From positions 1 through 18,423 of the forward strand of contig JAYPQH010000020.1 in the NCBI GenBank assembly GCA_038131935.1: a stretch of 18,423 nucleotides of DNA, read 5' to 3'. Within the stretch, counting starts at the first letter, position 1, and the number at the start of each line of letters is the position of its first letter. This DNA comes from Alphaproteobacteria bacterium (GTDB lineage Bacteria; Pseudomonadota; Alphaproteobacteria; UBA8317). A program made the position numbers and the translations under genes. The notes below the pieces were generated by a model that searched no databases, was not told the origin of the DNA, and saw only the letters and a program-made list of their open reading frames with translations. This document shows, piece after piece, positions 1 to 8,444 of the stretch.

Positions 1-11
1 GTTACGTATTG
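1..11 (+). other. Oxford Nanopore ligation adapter remnant (technical sequence)
   Basis: The window begins GTTACGTATTG, identical to the 3' part of the ONT adapter ...TTCAGTTACGTATTGCT. It cuts off a gene that starts on the minus strand at GTG 20-18 behind an AAGGAG RBS. Confidence 0.85.
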
Positions 12-42
12 TTTTCTCACTCGCTCCTTTGACTTTGATAAT

Positions 43-410
43 CTAAGTTTTGTTTTTTTCAAATGAATTTATACATTTCTGCATAAAGGGTCTAACCCTG
101 AGAACCCATACAATATTTCTGCCATATTCACTATGAATGGATACCTTCCAACCAACCCAGCCACCTCCACCCGGGAAGCTCCTTCCAAAGATCAAAAAGC
201 CCCGGCTCCGCTAAGAATAACTCCTTCTTGTTCTTTATATGAAACCCTTCAAAGCTCATTCTTCGTTAGACCAGACACGGTGCGACAGTTAGCAACATCT
301 ACCCAACTGATTACTCCTTCCTTGTCTAATTTCCTGTACAAGGAAATCTCCCTCCTACATAAGGGGCACGCCCCGTCAAAATACACTTCCGTTTTGCTCT
401 CATCACTCAT
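43..410 (-). CDS. DCC1-like thiol-disulfide oxidoreductase (DUF393 family), broken by several single-base indels
   Basis: ATG at 410 gives MSDESKTEVYFDGACPLCRREI (DGxCxxC motif). Past the apparent TGA at 249-251, family-typical segments continue in alternating frames: GFHIKNK / EGVILSGAGAF / DLWKELPGWRWLG / AEILY / LRVRPFMQK, ending at TAG 45-43 (end approximate). Confidence 0.8.
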
Positions 411-411
411 G

Positions 412-817
412 TCAATAAACAGCCTTTTCTCTTGTACCACAAACAAGCTCAAAACATTCCTTGCCGGAGTAGCCTCAGGTATACCCACAAATGCCCTAGG
501 ATCAAACCCGCCAATCATAAACAAGCTCGCCCTCAAGATTTATTTTTTGAGAACCCCTGATGATTGATCAACCTAAAGTCCCTTTCTTACAATCATATTC
601 AGTTAATATCCATGGACATCACACCGTCACTGGTTGCTTTTGAAAAGTTTTGCAGCTCCACCACTCCCTTCCTTCTATGGCGATTACGAGGGATAATTTG
701 GTTTTTAATTAAAAGAGTATTCTTCTGCACGCTAATCCAGTTCTCTTTTTCAAAACCCACTGGAATTTCTATTCCTACATTCAAAATGGAAAAAAAAGCC
801 GCTAGAGTACTAATCAT
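412..817 (-). CDS. Surface-adhesin protein E-like (Adhesin_E family) exported protein, frameshifted
   Basis: ATG 817 (MISTLAAFF, hydrophobic start) overlaps the upstream gene's stop. Stitched frames give NWISVQK...ELQNFSKATSDGVMSMDI..EYDCKKGT...NLEGELVYDW...IPEATPARNV.ELVCGTREKAVY* (TGA 414-412). The EYDC...IPxxT...VC pattern matches the family as I recall it. Confidence 0.6.
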
Positions 818-2008
818 TTTCTGTAACCTGAACTATTCTTCTTAGGGTTTCTCTTCCATTTTTTGCAACTCTTTGCATACTCGCCTCAAGTAGAGCCATC
901 TCTTTTAACGCATTCATGAAGAGGTCATATCGATCAATATTTTACCACGCCTTCTTTCGGACTCTGCCATTTTCTTAACGCTATCGTGTAGTTCACTAAA
1001 TGACCCATGCAATTGTTCGAGCAGATCGTTGTATTCTTCAACAATTATTTTTGCCCTGCTTCCTCCCTTGTCTTTTATTTTTTCGGCAGATGTTTTCAAC
1101 GTTTTTCATAACCCCGGATTCTCTCGCGGCCACTAACTCAAGCTCATTACCCTCTGCACCACCCTCCGTTTCCATCGGAAAGAGCATCTCCCTCATTTCC
1201 CGGCATTGACTGTCCAATTGCTTCGTTAAAACTTTTAACCTATCCCCAACAACTAACACCTCACTCAAGATAACATCAAGATCTTTGACAACCAAAGCGA
1301 TACGATCTAAGAAATGGTTAAGGTCAGTCGCTAAATCACCGAATTCGTCTTCCGAGTTCGTTTTTGTTCTGGGTGAAATATCCATTAACCCTCTTGCAAG
1401 AGATGAAACCGTCGACCTGAGATCTAATAGTGGTTGCATTCTAATCTTTAACAAAAAAATAAAACCAAGGGTGTATTAATATGTTTACAGATAACACTCC
1501 TGCAGCAACCTCACTTCCTCTAACCAAACATCAAGTTTCCGATCAAAATAACTGCGTACATTACCGTACCTAATACATCCCCAATCTTGGCTTTAATATG
1601 GCACCGAGACAATACTGCTCAGCAGCAATATCAACTTTGGACTCGGTATGGTGTCCAATTGGCCAAACCTGCTGCAAACCAAACGCATCCATACCTTGGG
1701 AAACTTTAATAGAATCAACGGTAATTTGAGACGGCTCGACCGCCACTAAAAACTGGGTCGTGGTAGTTTTATCGATTATCGGGTAAATTGTCCTTGCAGC
1801 TGTTGGCCACCTGCATTTAACATAATCGAACGTATATCATTTGACAATTTATCGGCTACCTGCTGCACCTAACCGGTTCGTTGTTTTTAAACTCATATAT
1901 TGCGACGTAGCGAAGACCCAATCAAAACCGCAACAATAACAAGAAGTAGGTGTCCTGCATCATACGGAACATGAACGATCTTTCGAAAAATCCGCGCTTC
2001 CCAGCCAT
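810..2008 (-). CDS. Membrane-bound HAMP-domain / MCP-like sensor with periplasmic c-type heme (CxxCH) domain, frameshifted
   Basis: The provided ORFs 1922-2104, 1038-1454 and 914-1099 join into one gene. It reads MAGKRGFFERSFMFRM (ATG 2008), TM1, periplasmic DKLSNDIRSIMLNAGG..AARTIYPII..AVEPSQIT..EQYCL(G)CHIKAKIGDVLGTV, TM2, HAMP (MQPLLDLRSTVSSLARGLMDISPR..SEDEFGDLATDLNHFLDRI), then a coiled-coil tail ending FMNALKEMALLEASMQRVAKNGRETLRRIVQVTEND* (TAG 812-810). Confidence 0.75.
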
Positions 2009-2134
2009 AACCACAATTACTGTCAGATTACCCGCTTGCCCTAAAGTTCCATTTAACCAAATTATTGATAATATCGAAAATCCATTTAACAAGACTGTGA
2101 CCACTTTGCCCGGAGTTTTATATCATTGCCATTG

Positions 2135-2150
2135 AGCAGTAGTAGGTGCT
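2135..2150. other. Probable chimeric junction / collapsed internal Nanopore adapter
   Basis: AGCAGTAGTA resembles the adapter's AGCAATACGTA, and it is followed by GGTGCT, resembling the adapter end ATTGCT. The site coincides with the abrupt mid-protein start of pyridoxal kinase and with a change in composition and indel density. Confidence 0.6.
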
Positions 2151-2151
2151 A

Positions 2152-2656
2152 GCGTTGAGGGACCATCAACAAATCTGTATTGTGGCAGATCTCATTCGAG
2201 AATGGAACAACAAGACCCCCCATCATGTATTCGTCTGCGACCCAGTCATGGGAGACACCCATACTGGCCTTTACATACCTCAGGGGAAGCGGCCAACGCT
2301 CTTGCGAAAACTCATCCCCTGGCAGAACATGTTACACCCAATGAATTTGAATATCACCTGATCAAAGAGCATATCGATGATAACTGCAAGGTGGCACTCA
2401 CATCGGAACATGAAGACAAACAGGTCGTCGCCAAATTACTCCACGGGGAGGATATATTGGCGAGAATGTCCGCCCCACTCCAAACAAATGCACCTCATGG
2501 ATTGGGAGATGTATTCTCAGCAGCCTACACCAAAATGCTTTTTCGCGGCTCCACCGCAACAGACGCGTTCCAGCATGCATTTGTAAAAAGCCAAGACATA
2601 CTAAGCCACCTCGCAAAAAGGCTCCCCACCTCTGTTTCGATAGCTATACCGCATGA
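2152..2656 (+). CDS. pdxY: Pyridoxal kinase (PdxY/PdxK, PfkB family), 5'-truncated and frameshifted
   Basis: FVCDPVMGD..GLYI in ORF 2146-2361; PLAEHVTPNEFE and the anion-hole motif HGLGDVFSA in ORF 2202-2729. The N-terminal region is missing at the junction. The 3' end is approximate (possible ATGA overlap with the next gene). Confidence 0.75.
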
Positions 2657-3381
2657 CCCAATTGGCATGGCATCAAGGTATAGATGGTTGCAGAGGAGGA
2701 TGGTGCGCTGTCCGGGTCTTGGGAGGTAATTTTTCCCAAGCGACTTGGCATTTTAGCAGAAACCTCAAAGACCTTTTGTGGGATTTTCATGGCATTTCCG
2801 CCATTGATATGCCCATTGGACTTCCCCATTGGACAACAACAGGAGGACGTCAATGCGATAGAGAGGTTCGTCGTTATCTCGGCGCAAGACAATCTTCCGT
2901 CTTTTCTGTCCCATCACGTTTGGCGGTTTACCAATCAGATTATAAAGATGCCTGTGACAAAGCGCTGGTAACATCGAACCCACCCAGAAAAATATCAAAA
3001 CAAATCTACCATATTTTTCCCAAAATTCGCGAACTTGATGCGTTACTCCCGCTCCCAAATGGCAGGATTTATGAAGCTCATCCTGAATTTGCCTTTGTAC
3101 AATCCAATAATGGGCAACCCTTGACCACGCCTAAAAAAATCAAAGGGCGCCCTCATCTGGATGGTATTCGGCAACGGATGGAACTTTTAGGCCAAATTGG
3201 CTATTCAACATCTCATTTTCAAAAGCTTTCCACGCTGCCCTCTAACGTCGCTAAGGATGACTTTTTAGATGCCAGTATTCTTGCATGGACGGCATTCAGG
3301 ATTCTGCACAAGAATTCTATATGTTGCCCCCAAATCCCTCCATGCGACGATCGCGGGCTTCCCATGTCTATTCACGGCTGA
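2653..3381 (+). CDS. DUF429 domain protein (predicted RNase H-like nuclease)
   Basis: 242 aa with GIDGCRGGW, AIDMPIGLP, GRQCDREVRR..SSVFSVPSR, EAHPE and DDFLDA motifs typical of DUF429. Confidence 0.85.
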   Translation: MTQLAWHQGIDGCRGGWCAVRVLGGNFSQATWHFSRNLKDLLWDFHGISAIDMPIGLPHWTTTGGRQCDREVRRYLGARQSSVFSVPSRLAVYQSDYKDACDKALVTSNPPRKISKQIYHIFPKIRELDALLPLPNGRIYEAHPEFAFVQSNNGQPLTTPKKIKGRPHLDGIRQRMELLGQIGYSTSHFQKLSTLPSNVAKDDFLDASILAWTAFRILHKNSICCPQIPPCDDRGLPMSIHG

Positions 3382-3419
3382 TACATCATTCCGACAGTTA
3401 CGTAATCTTGGACGCAGGT

Positions 3420-4614
3420 ATGAACAACGATATTATCTTCATCGCCATCACCGCGGCTATCATATTTTTTGTAATCTGGATCATTTTGTCACCTAGATGG
3501 GGACGATTTGATCAATCAATGCACCAAGATGACACCAGATTAGACATTTTGAAACATCAATATCAGCAAGCTACAGACGAGGGTGATAGAGCCAAATTAC
3601 TTATGGAAGTTCATGATTGGGAGCAACATCAGAGGAAGGCTTCTCAAAATACGACCCCTCATATTTGGTTACGCGCGACAATCATTATTCTTCTGCCTGT
3701 ACTCACAATCGTCACATACCTCCTTGTTGGCAACCCCACATTGGCAACATTTGACCCAGAAGATGCACTCTCTCCTGATGCATTAAAAATGATAAGCTCA
3801 GCAGAGAATAGGCTTGCAAAAAATCCGGCTGATGCTCGGGGCTGGTTTGCGCTTGGCCAAACATATCTTGGAACCGGACAACCACAAAAAGCCATCGATG
3901 CTATGCAAAAGCCTTCAGCTTAGAACCCAACAACACACATAAACTGGGACTTGCTGAAGCACGTTTCATTGCCGCTGGGTTGAAGCGAGACCAGATGGCC
4001 ATGACCTTGTTAACGGAACTGTTTCGCGATGACCCCAACCAGTTCCGTGTGCGGTATTATCTTGGCTTACAAGCTGTCCGTGACCGTCAGTATGCAGCCG
4101 CAAAAGCATTGCTTATGGATATTTTCGATCCCCGCAATATGCAGGCCCCATGGTACACACAGCGCGTAGCCGTCTTGTCGTCGAACTAGAGAGAATGGGC
4201 GCGGAATTGGCTGATATTGGGATCTCCAAAATGAACACTGCATCAGGCCCTTCGCCTGATGACATACGCGCTGCAGAAAGTTTAAGCGCAGAAGATCGCG
4301 CCTCTATGATACGAGGCATGGTTGAACGGCTGGAAGATAAACTTAAGGCAGATCCCAGCAATGTCTCTCAATGGCTACGGTTGATCCAAGCCTATGGTGT
4401 GCTGGGATGGAATGACAAAGTACCCCAAGCATTGCACCAAGCTCGAAGCGCCAATCCTGAATCCCTCGATCTACTTATCCTAAGCGCTGCAGATGAAAAA
4501 CAACGTCACGGAAAGATCGTCGAGACAACGAAAAAACTTTTGTTGAATGCTCAAACCAAAACATTAGATCCCAACATGGAGAAGATCTTAGAGGAGCTAT
4601 TGGGAGGACCGTGA
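3420..4614 (+). CDS. ccmI: c-type cytochrome biogenesis protein CcmI/CycH (TPR), split by two single-base deletions
   Basis: ATG 3420, TM helix, second TM ending YLLVGNP, then RLAKNPADARGWFALGQTY (TPR). Frameshift in the A-run at 3907-3910, continuing KAFSLEP..LGLAEAR..RYYLGL..APW. Second shift near 4160, continuing GPSPDDIRAA..DRASMIRGMVERLEDKLKADPSNVSQWLRLIQAYGVLG, the typical alphaproteobacterial CycH C-terminus. Confidence 0.85.
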
Positions 4615-5185
4615 TAAAGCGATCTTCCGCAGCACTGCATAACTATGTTTTGCTAAAAAATATCCAATGACAACAGCAGAAGCACCAAGTAGATCTCCTA
4701 CAAAGAATTTCGTGGATTCCTGTATAAATGGACCCGTATAAAGCCCCTGCTGCATCACATTTAGCACCACCAACGGCCCATTAAAAAGACAAGATATCAC
4801 CAATAGAGCAACCAAATATTGCCAGCTTAGGGGTTGATCCTGATCCGTGGGTACGGGATCAACACCCACACCACGAATAACCCAATAAGCCATCACCGGC
4901 GCAAGCGAAGATGTGATACTAAAAATAACAATGGTATATAAAAGTGCGCCCGGAAATGGCTCAAAAAGTAGACTCGTGACAAATTGCGCTAAGAACAAAG
5001 CGGGCAATACCCAATGCTTGAGCAGAATAAAGCCCAACAAACGTATACCATGGGGAATGAACAGGTAGATCATTTCCTCACGCATAAAATTTATCTGCAA
5101 TCCAAAACAAGCATGTAAGCCATAAATATGGACAAGGATATCACGAAAAAACTAAAATTACTTACACCATTCTATCGTCACACAT
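4597..5185 (-). CDS. MASE1-like multi-pass integral membrane protein (stand-alone); N-terminus affected by indels
   Basis: About five hydrophobic helices with YLFIPHGIRLL and FFVGDLLGA motifs resembling MASE1-type domains. An extra TM segment (FSFFVISLSIFMAYMLV) lies in another frame at 5105-5160. Probable start is ATG 5185 behind GGTGGTGG; the intact ORF portion is 4597-5100. Confidence 0.6.
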
Positions 5186-5245
5186 AGCCACCACCAAATC
5201 TCTGGGGCTTAGCAATGCTAGCTTTCATCCTTCAAACGGACACAA

Positions 5246-5554
5246 CTAATCAATTAGTTGGGATGGGTAAGTCTTTACAAATGAACGACGCGCATCTGTC
5301 TCGTCTTGGAATACACTGATAAAGTTGTTCGTTTCCAATACCTTCAAAGAGCGGTAGACACTCGCCCTCGAGTAACGCTCCAACAAAGGTGATTCCAATA
5401 CATATTTTATGGTAAGGGGGCCAGTTTCTTCTTCCGCCTGGAAAGCCAATGTCTCAATCACCCTACGATCAAGATCATTTAAGCTTGCGAGTCCAAGATC
5501 AACTTCCATACGATCTAAAGCATCACGCAAGCGAAACAAATGTGAGAGAGTCAT
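5246..5554 (-). CDS. Small winged-helix (MarR-like) transcriptional regulator
   Basis: 102 aa from ATG 5554: LFRLRDALDRMEVDLGLASLNDLDRRVI, recognition helix YSRASVYRSLKVLETNNFI, and wing DETDARRSFV (DxR motif of MarR-type wHTH). Confidence 0.75.
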   Translation of the reverse strand: MTLSHLFRLRDALDRMEVDLGLASLNDLDRRVIETLAFQAEEETGPLTIKYVLESPLLERYSRASVYRSLKVLETNNFISVFQDETDARRSFVKTYPSQLID

Positions 5555-5660
5555 CGTAAAATTCCCATAAAATTGTAATTCTGGTTGACCGTAATTTTTA
5601 ACATAGTCTTCGTGACATGCCAAGTTGTTGTATAAAACTCAAGTAAATTATTAATTTTGC

Positions 5661-6680
5661 TTATGTTTTTAATAGATTTCTATTGATCAACAATTCAGCG
5701 ATTTGAATGCTGTTCAATGCTGCCCCTTTTCGTAAATTATCGGAAACGCACCATAAATTCATCCCGTGAGGAACGGTATCGTCTCTTCTAATCCGAGAAA
5801 TATAAGTGGCATATTCACCCACTGATTCCACAGGCGTGATGTAACCACCATCTTCTCGTTTATCCACAACCATGAGACCGGGTGATTCCCGTAGCAAATC
5901 CCTAGCCTCATCTTCATCAAAAGGCTTGCTAAATTCGAGGTTGATCGCCTCACTATGACCAACAAAGACAGGCACCCTTACACAGGTTGCACTAACATGC
6001 ACCTCAGGATCCAAGATCTTGTGGGTCTCCGCAATCATCTTCCATTCTTCTTTGGTATCTCCATTCTCCATGAAGACATCAATATGGGGGATAATGTTAA
6101 AGGCAATTTGTTTGGTAAAAACTTGTGACTCTTTGGGATCGCTGACAAAAATTGCGCGCGTCTGATCAAACAATTCATCCATTCCCTCTTTACCAGCACC
6201 AGAGACGGATTGATATGTCGCCACCACAACACGCTTGATATGGTAACGATCATGTAAGGGCTTTAAGGCAACAAGCATCTGTGCAGTGGAACAGTTTGGG
6301 TTTGCAATGATGCCACGCTGCTTGAAACCTATGATATCATCTGGGTTCACTTCCGGCACAATGAGCGGCACATCATCATGATATCTCCAGGTAGAGGAAT
6401 TATCTATCACCACCGCACCTTGCGCCGCAATCTGAGGCGACCACTTCTCAGAAATGGTGCCACCAGCTGACATTAAACAAATATCAACCTTTGAAAAGTC
6501 AAATTGCTCCAGATCTTGGCATTTTAAGTTGCGATCCCCAAAACTGACCTCTTGGCCAAGAGACCGGCGTGATGCTACGGCATGCACCTCTCCAACAGGA
6601 AAGGAGCGTTCCGCAAGGATGTTTAACATCTCTTTGCCCACCGCACCTGTCGCCCCAACGACAGCGATATTGTATGTCAT
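5661..6680 (-). CDS. asd: Aspartate-semialdehyde dehydrogenase
   Basis: VVGATGAVG NADP-binding motif, IANPNCST catalytic Cys, QSVSGAG, CVRVPVFVGHSE, DNLRKGAALN. Confidence 0.98.
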   Translation of the reverse strand: MTYNIAVVGATGAVGKEMLNILAERSFPVGEVHAVASRRSLGQEVSFGDRNLKCQDLEQFDFSKVDICLMSAGGTISEKWSPQIAAQGAVVIDNSSTWRYHDDVPLIVPEVNPDDIIGFKQRGIIANPNCSTAQMLVALKPLHDRYHIKRVVVATYQSVSGAGKEGMDELFDQTRAIFVSDPKESQVFTKQIAFNIIPHIDVFMENGDTKEEWKMIAETHKILDPEVHVSATCVRVPVFVGHSEAINLEFSKPFDEDEARDLLRESPGLMVVDKREDGGYITPVESVGEYATYISRIRRDDTVPHGMNLWCVSDNLRKGAALNSIQIAELLINRNLLKT

Positions 6681-6694
6681 ACTTACTTCCTATG

Positions 6695-7804
6695 TTATCC
6701 GTGTATCTGGCTCAATTTTGCCAGCACAGCATCACCCATGCCCGCGGTCGTTACTTGCTGCATGCCTTCTTGCATAATATCAGCTGTTCTGATCCCTGAG
6801 TCTAAGACATTTGATACAGCTGCCTCCAACATATCAGCGTCCGCTCCTGCATCTAGGGAATATCGCAAACACATCGCGAACGATAAGATACATGCTAGCG
6901 GGTTGGCCATATTTTGACCTGCAATATCTGGTGCAGATCCATGAACAGGCTCATACAAAGCTTTGGCGTGGCCTTCTGCATTGACCGCACCAAGACTTGC
7001 ACTCGGCAACATACCCAAAGAACCTGTGAGCATAGACGCTTCATCCGACAGGATATCACCAAACAGATTTGAACAGACGATTACGTCAAACTGTTTCGGT
7101 GCCCGCACCAATTGCATCGCCACAGCATCAGCATACATATGTTCAAGATTGACATCTTGATATTCGTTGTCATGAACCCACTGCACCTCTTCACGCCATA
7201 GGATACCAGCTTCCATGACATTGGCTTTCTCAGAGGATAAAACGCGGCCAGAACGCTTGCGCGCAAGCTCAAAAGCAACACGCGCCACACGCCTGATCTC
7301 TGAAGTCGTGTAAACTTCCGTGTTAACACCCCGTCGTTCGCCTCCGCCGAGGTCTTCAATTCCACGCGGAGAACCAAAATAAATACCACCGGTCAATTCA
7401 CGAACAATCATAAGGTCTAGACCCTCGACGAGTTCTGGCTTGAGAGAACTTGCCGCAGCCAAAGCAGGAAATACAATGGCTGGCCGTAAATTGGCAAACA
7501 AATCCATTTCTTTGCGCAAACGTAATAGACCACGCTCAGGCTTAAGAGAGAAATCTAAGTTATCCCATTTGGGACCACCCACAGCCCCGAGAAGTACAGC
7601 GGTAACCTCTTGTGCACGTGCCATTGTACCATCAGCCAATGGTTTTCCATGTACGTCGTAGGCGGCGCCACCGACGAGATCCTCGGTTACATCCACATCC
7701 AGACCTCGATGATGGCCAAACCATTCAATGACTTTCCGGACTTCAGCCATCACCTCGGGACCAATACCGTCACCCGGTAAGATCAATAGCTCATGCTTTG
7801 CCAT
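6695..7804 (-). CDS. leuB: 3-isopropylmalate dehydrogenase
   Basis: Start [18 protein letters not shown] (ATG 7804, next to the leuD stop), [34 protein letters not shown]. Confidence 0.98.
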   Translation of the reverse strand: MAKHELLILPGDGIGPEVMAEVRKVIEWFGHHRGLDVDVTEDLVGGAAYDVHGKPLADGTMARAQEVTAVLLGAVGGPKWDNLDFSLKPERGLLRLRKEMDLFANLRPAIVFPALAAASSLKPELVEGLDLMIVRELTGGIYFGSPRGIEDLGGGERRGVNTEVYTTSEIRRVARVAFELARKRSGRVLSSEKANVMEAGILWREEVQWVHDNEYQDVNLEHMYADAVAMQLVRAPKQFDVIVCSNLFGDILSDEASMLTGSLGMLPSASLGAVNAEGHAKALYEPVHGSAPDIAGQNMANPLACILSFAMCLRYSLDAGADADMLEAAVSNVLDSGIRTADIMQEGMQQVTTAGMGDAVLAKLSQIHG

Positions 7805-7805
7805 C

Positions 7806-8429
7806 TTACGCATCTCCATTTTTATCAAAAAGCCATGGCTGACCAGACCGTTGTGCCTGTTCGTACTGGTCAATATCTTTATCTGCTTTCATGGTAAGAC
7901 CAATATCGTCCAAACCTTCCAACAAGCATTGCCTGCGGAAATTATCCAAATCAAAAGGATACACTTTGTTTCCCGCAATGATCTGCTTTTGCTCTAGGTC
8001 AACGCTGATTTCGGCAGAATCTTCATCTGCCACCAGCGTCAAAATTTCTTCAACCTGTTCCTCAGGAAGGGCAATAGGCAACAGCCCATTTTTGAAACAA
8101 TTGTTGTAAAAAATATCAGCAAAACTTGGCGCGATGACGACTTTAATACCGAAGTCCTTTAATGCCCAAGGTGCGTGCTCACGGCTTGATCCACAACCAA
8201 AATTGTCACGAGCCACGATAACACCCGCCTTATCATAAGGTGGTTTGTTCAAAATAAAATCTGGTTTGGGTTGCCCATCATCATCAAAACGCATCTCATG
8301 AAATAAGTTTTTGCCCAGACCACTTCGCTTGATGGTCTTAAGAAAATTTTTGGGAATGATCATATCTGTATCGATGTTAATCATAGGCATGGGAGCTGCC
8401 ACGGCGCTCACTTTTGTAAATTTATCCAT
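7806..8429 (-). CDS. leuD: 3-isopropylmalate dehydratase small subunit
   Basis: [50 protein letters not shown]. Confidence 0.98.
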   Translation of the reverse strand: MDKFTKVSAVAAPMPMINIDTDMIIPKNFLKTIKRSGLGKNLFHEMRFDDDGQPKPDFILNKPPYDKAGVIVARDNFGCGSSREHAPWALKDFGIKVVIAPSFADIFYNNCFKNGLLPIALPEEQVEEILTLVADEDSAEISVDLEQKQIIAGNKVYPFDLDNFRRQCLLEGLDDIGLTMKADKDIDQYEQAQRSGQPWLFDKNGDA

Positions 8430-8444
8430 TACCTCGTCTCCTCA

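Noticed and set aside
249-251. TGA read-through, selenocysteine or alternative genetic code in the DCC1 gene
   Set aside because: Homologous sequence resumes in a different frame rather than in frame, and TGA serves as a normal stop elsewhere in the window.
12-2134. Genomic island or horizontally acquired low-GC region
   Set aside because: No integrase, transposase, tRNA or att repeat is present. The boundary looks like adapter and cuts pdxY mid-gene, so a chimera is the simpler explanation.
3285-3419. Long N-terminal extensions of ccmI, and likewise of leuB (to 7873), leuC (to 9890), ispZ (from 17108) and the wHTH gene (to 5623)
   Set aside because: They overlap neighbouring genes or spacers and precede the family-typical N-termini; downstream ATGs fit better.
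3420-4614. Functional link between the CxxCH sensor and the nearby ccmI/ccmG maturation genes
   Set aside because: The sensor lies on the other side of the probable chimeric junction, so the proximity is likely artefactual.
43-5185. Pseudogene cluster or programmed frameshifting in the DCC1, adhesin-like, sensor, pdxY, ccmI and MASE1-like genes
   Set aside because: The breaks I could reconstruct are mostly single-base deletions, often in homopolymers (for example the A-run at 3907-3910). They cluster toward one end of an adapter-bearing read while conserved motifs stay intact, which fits uncorrected Nanopore error.
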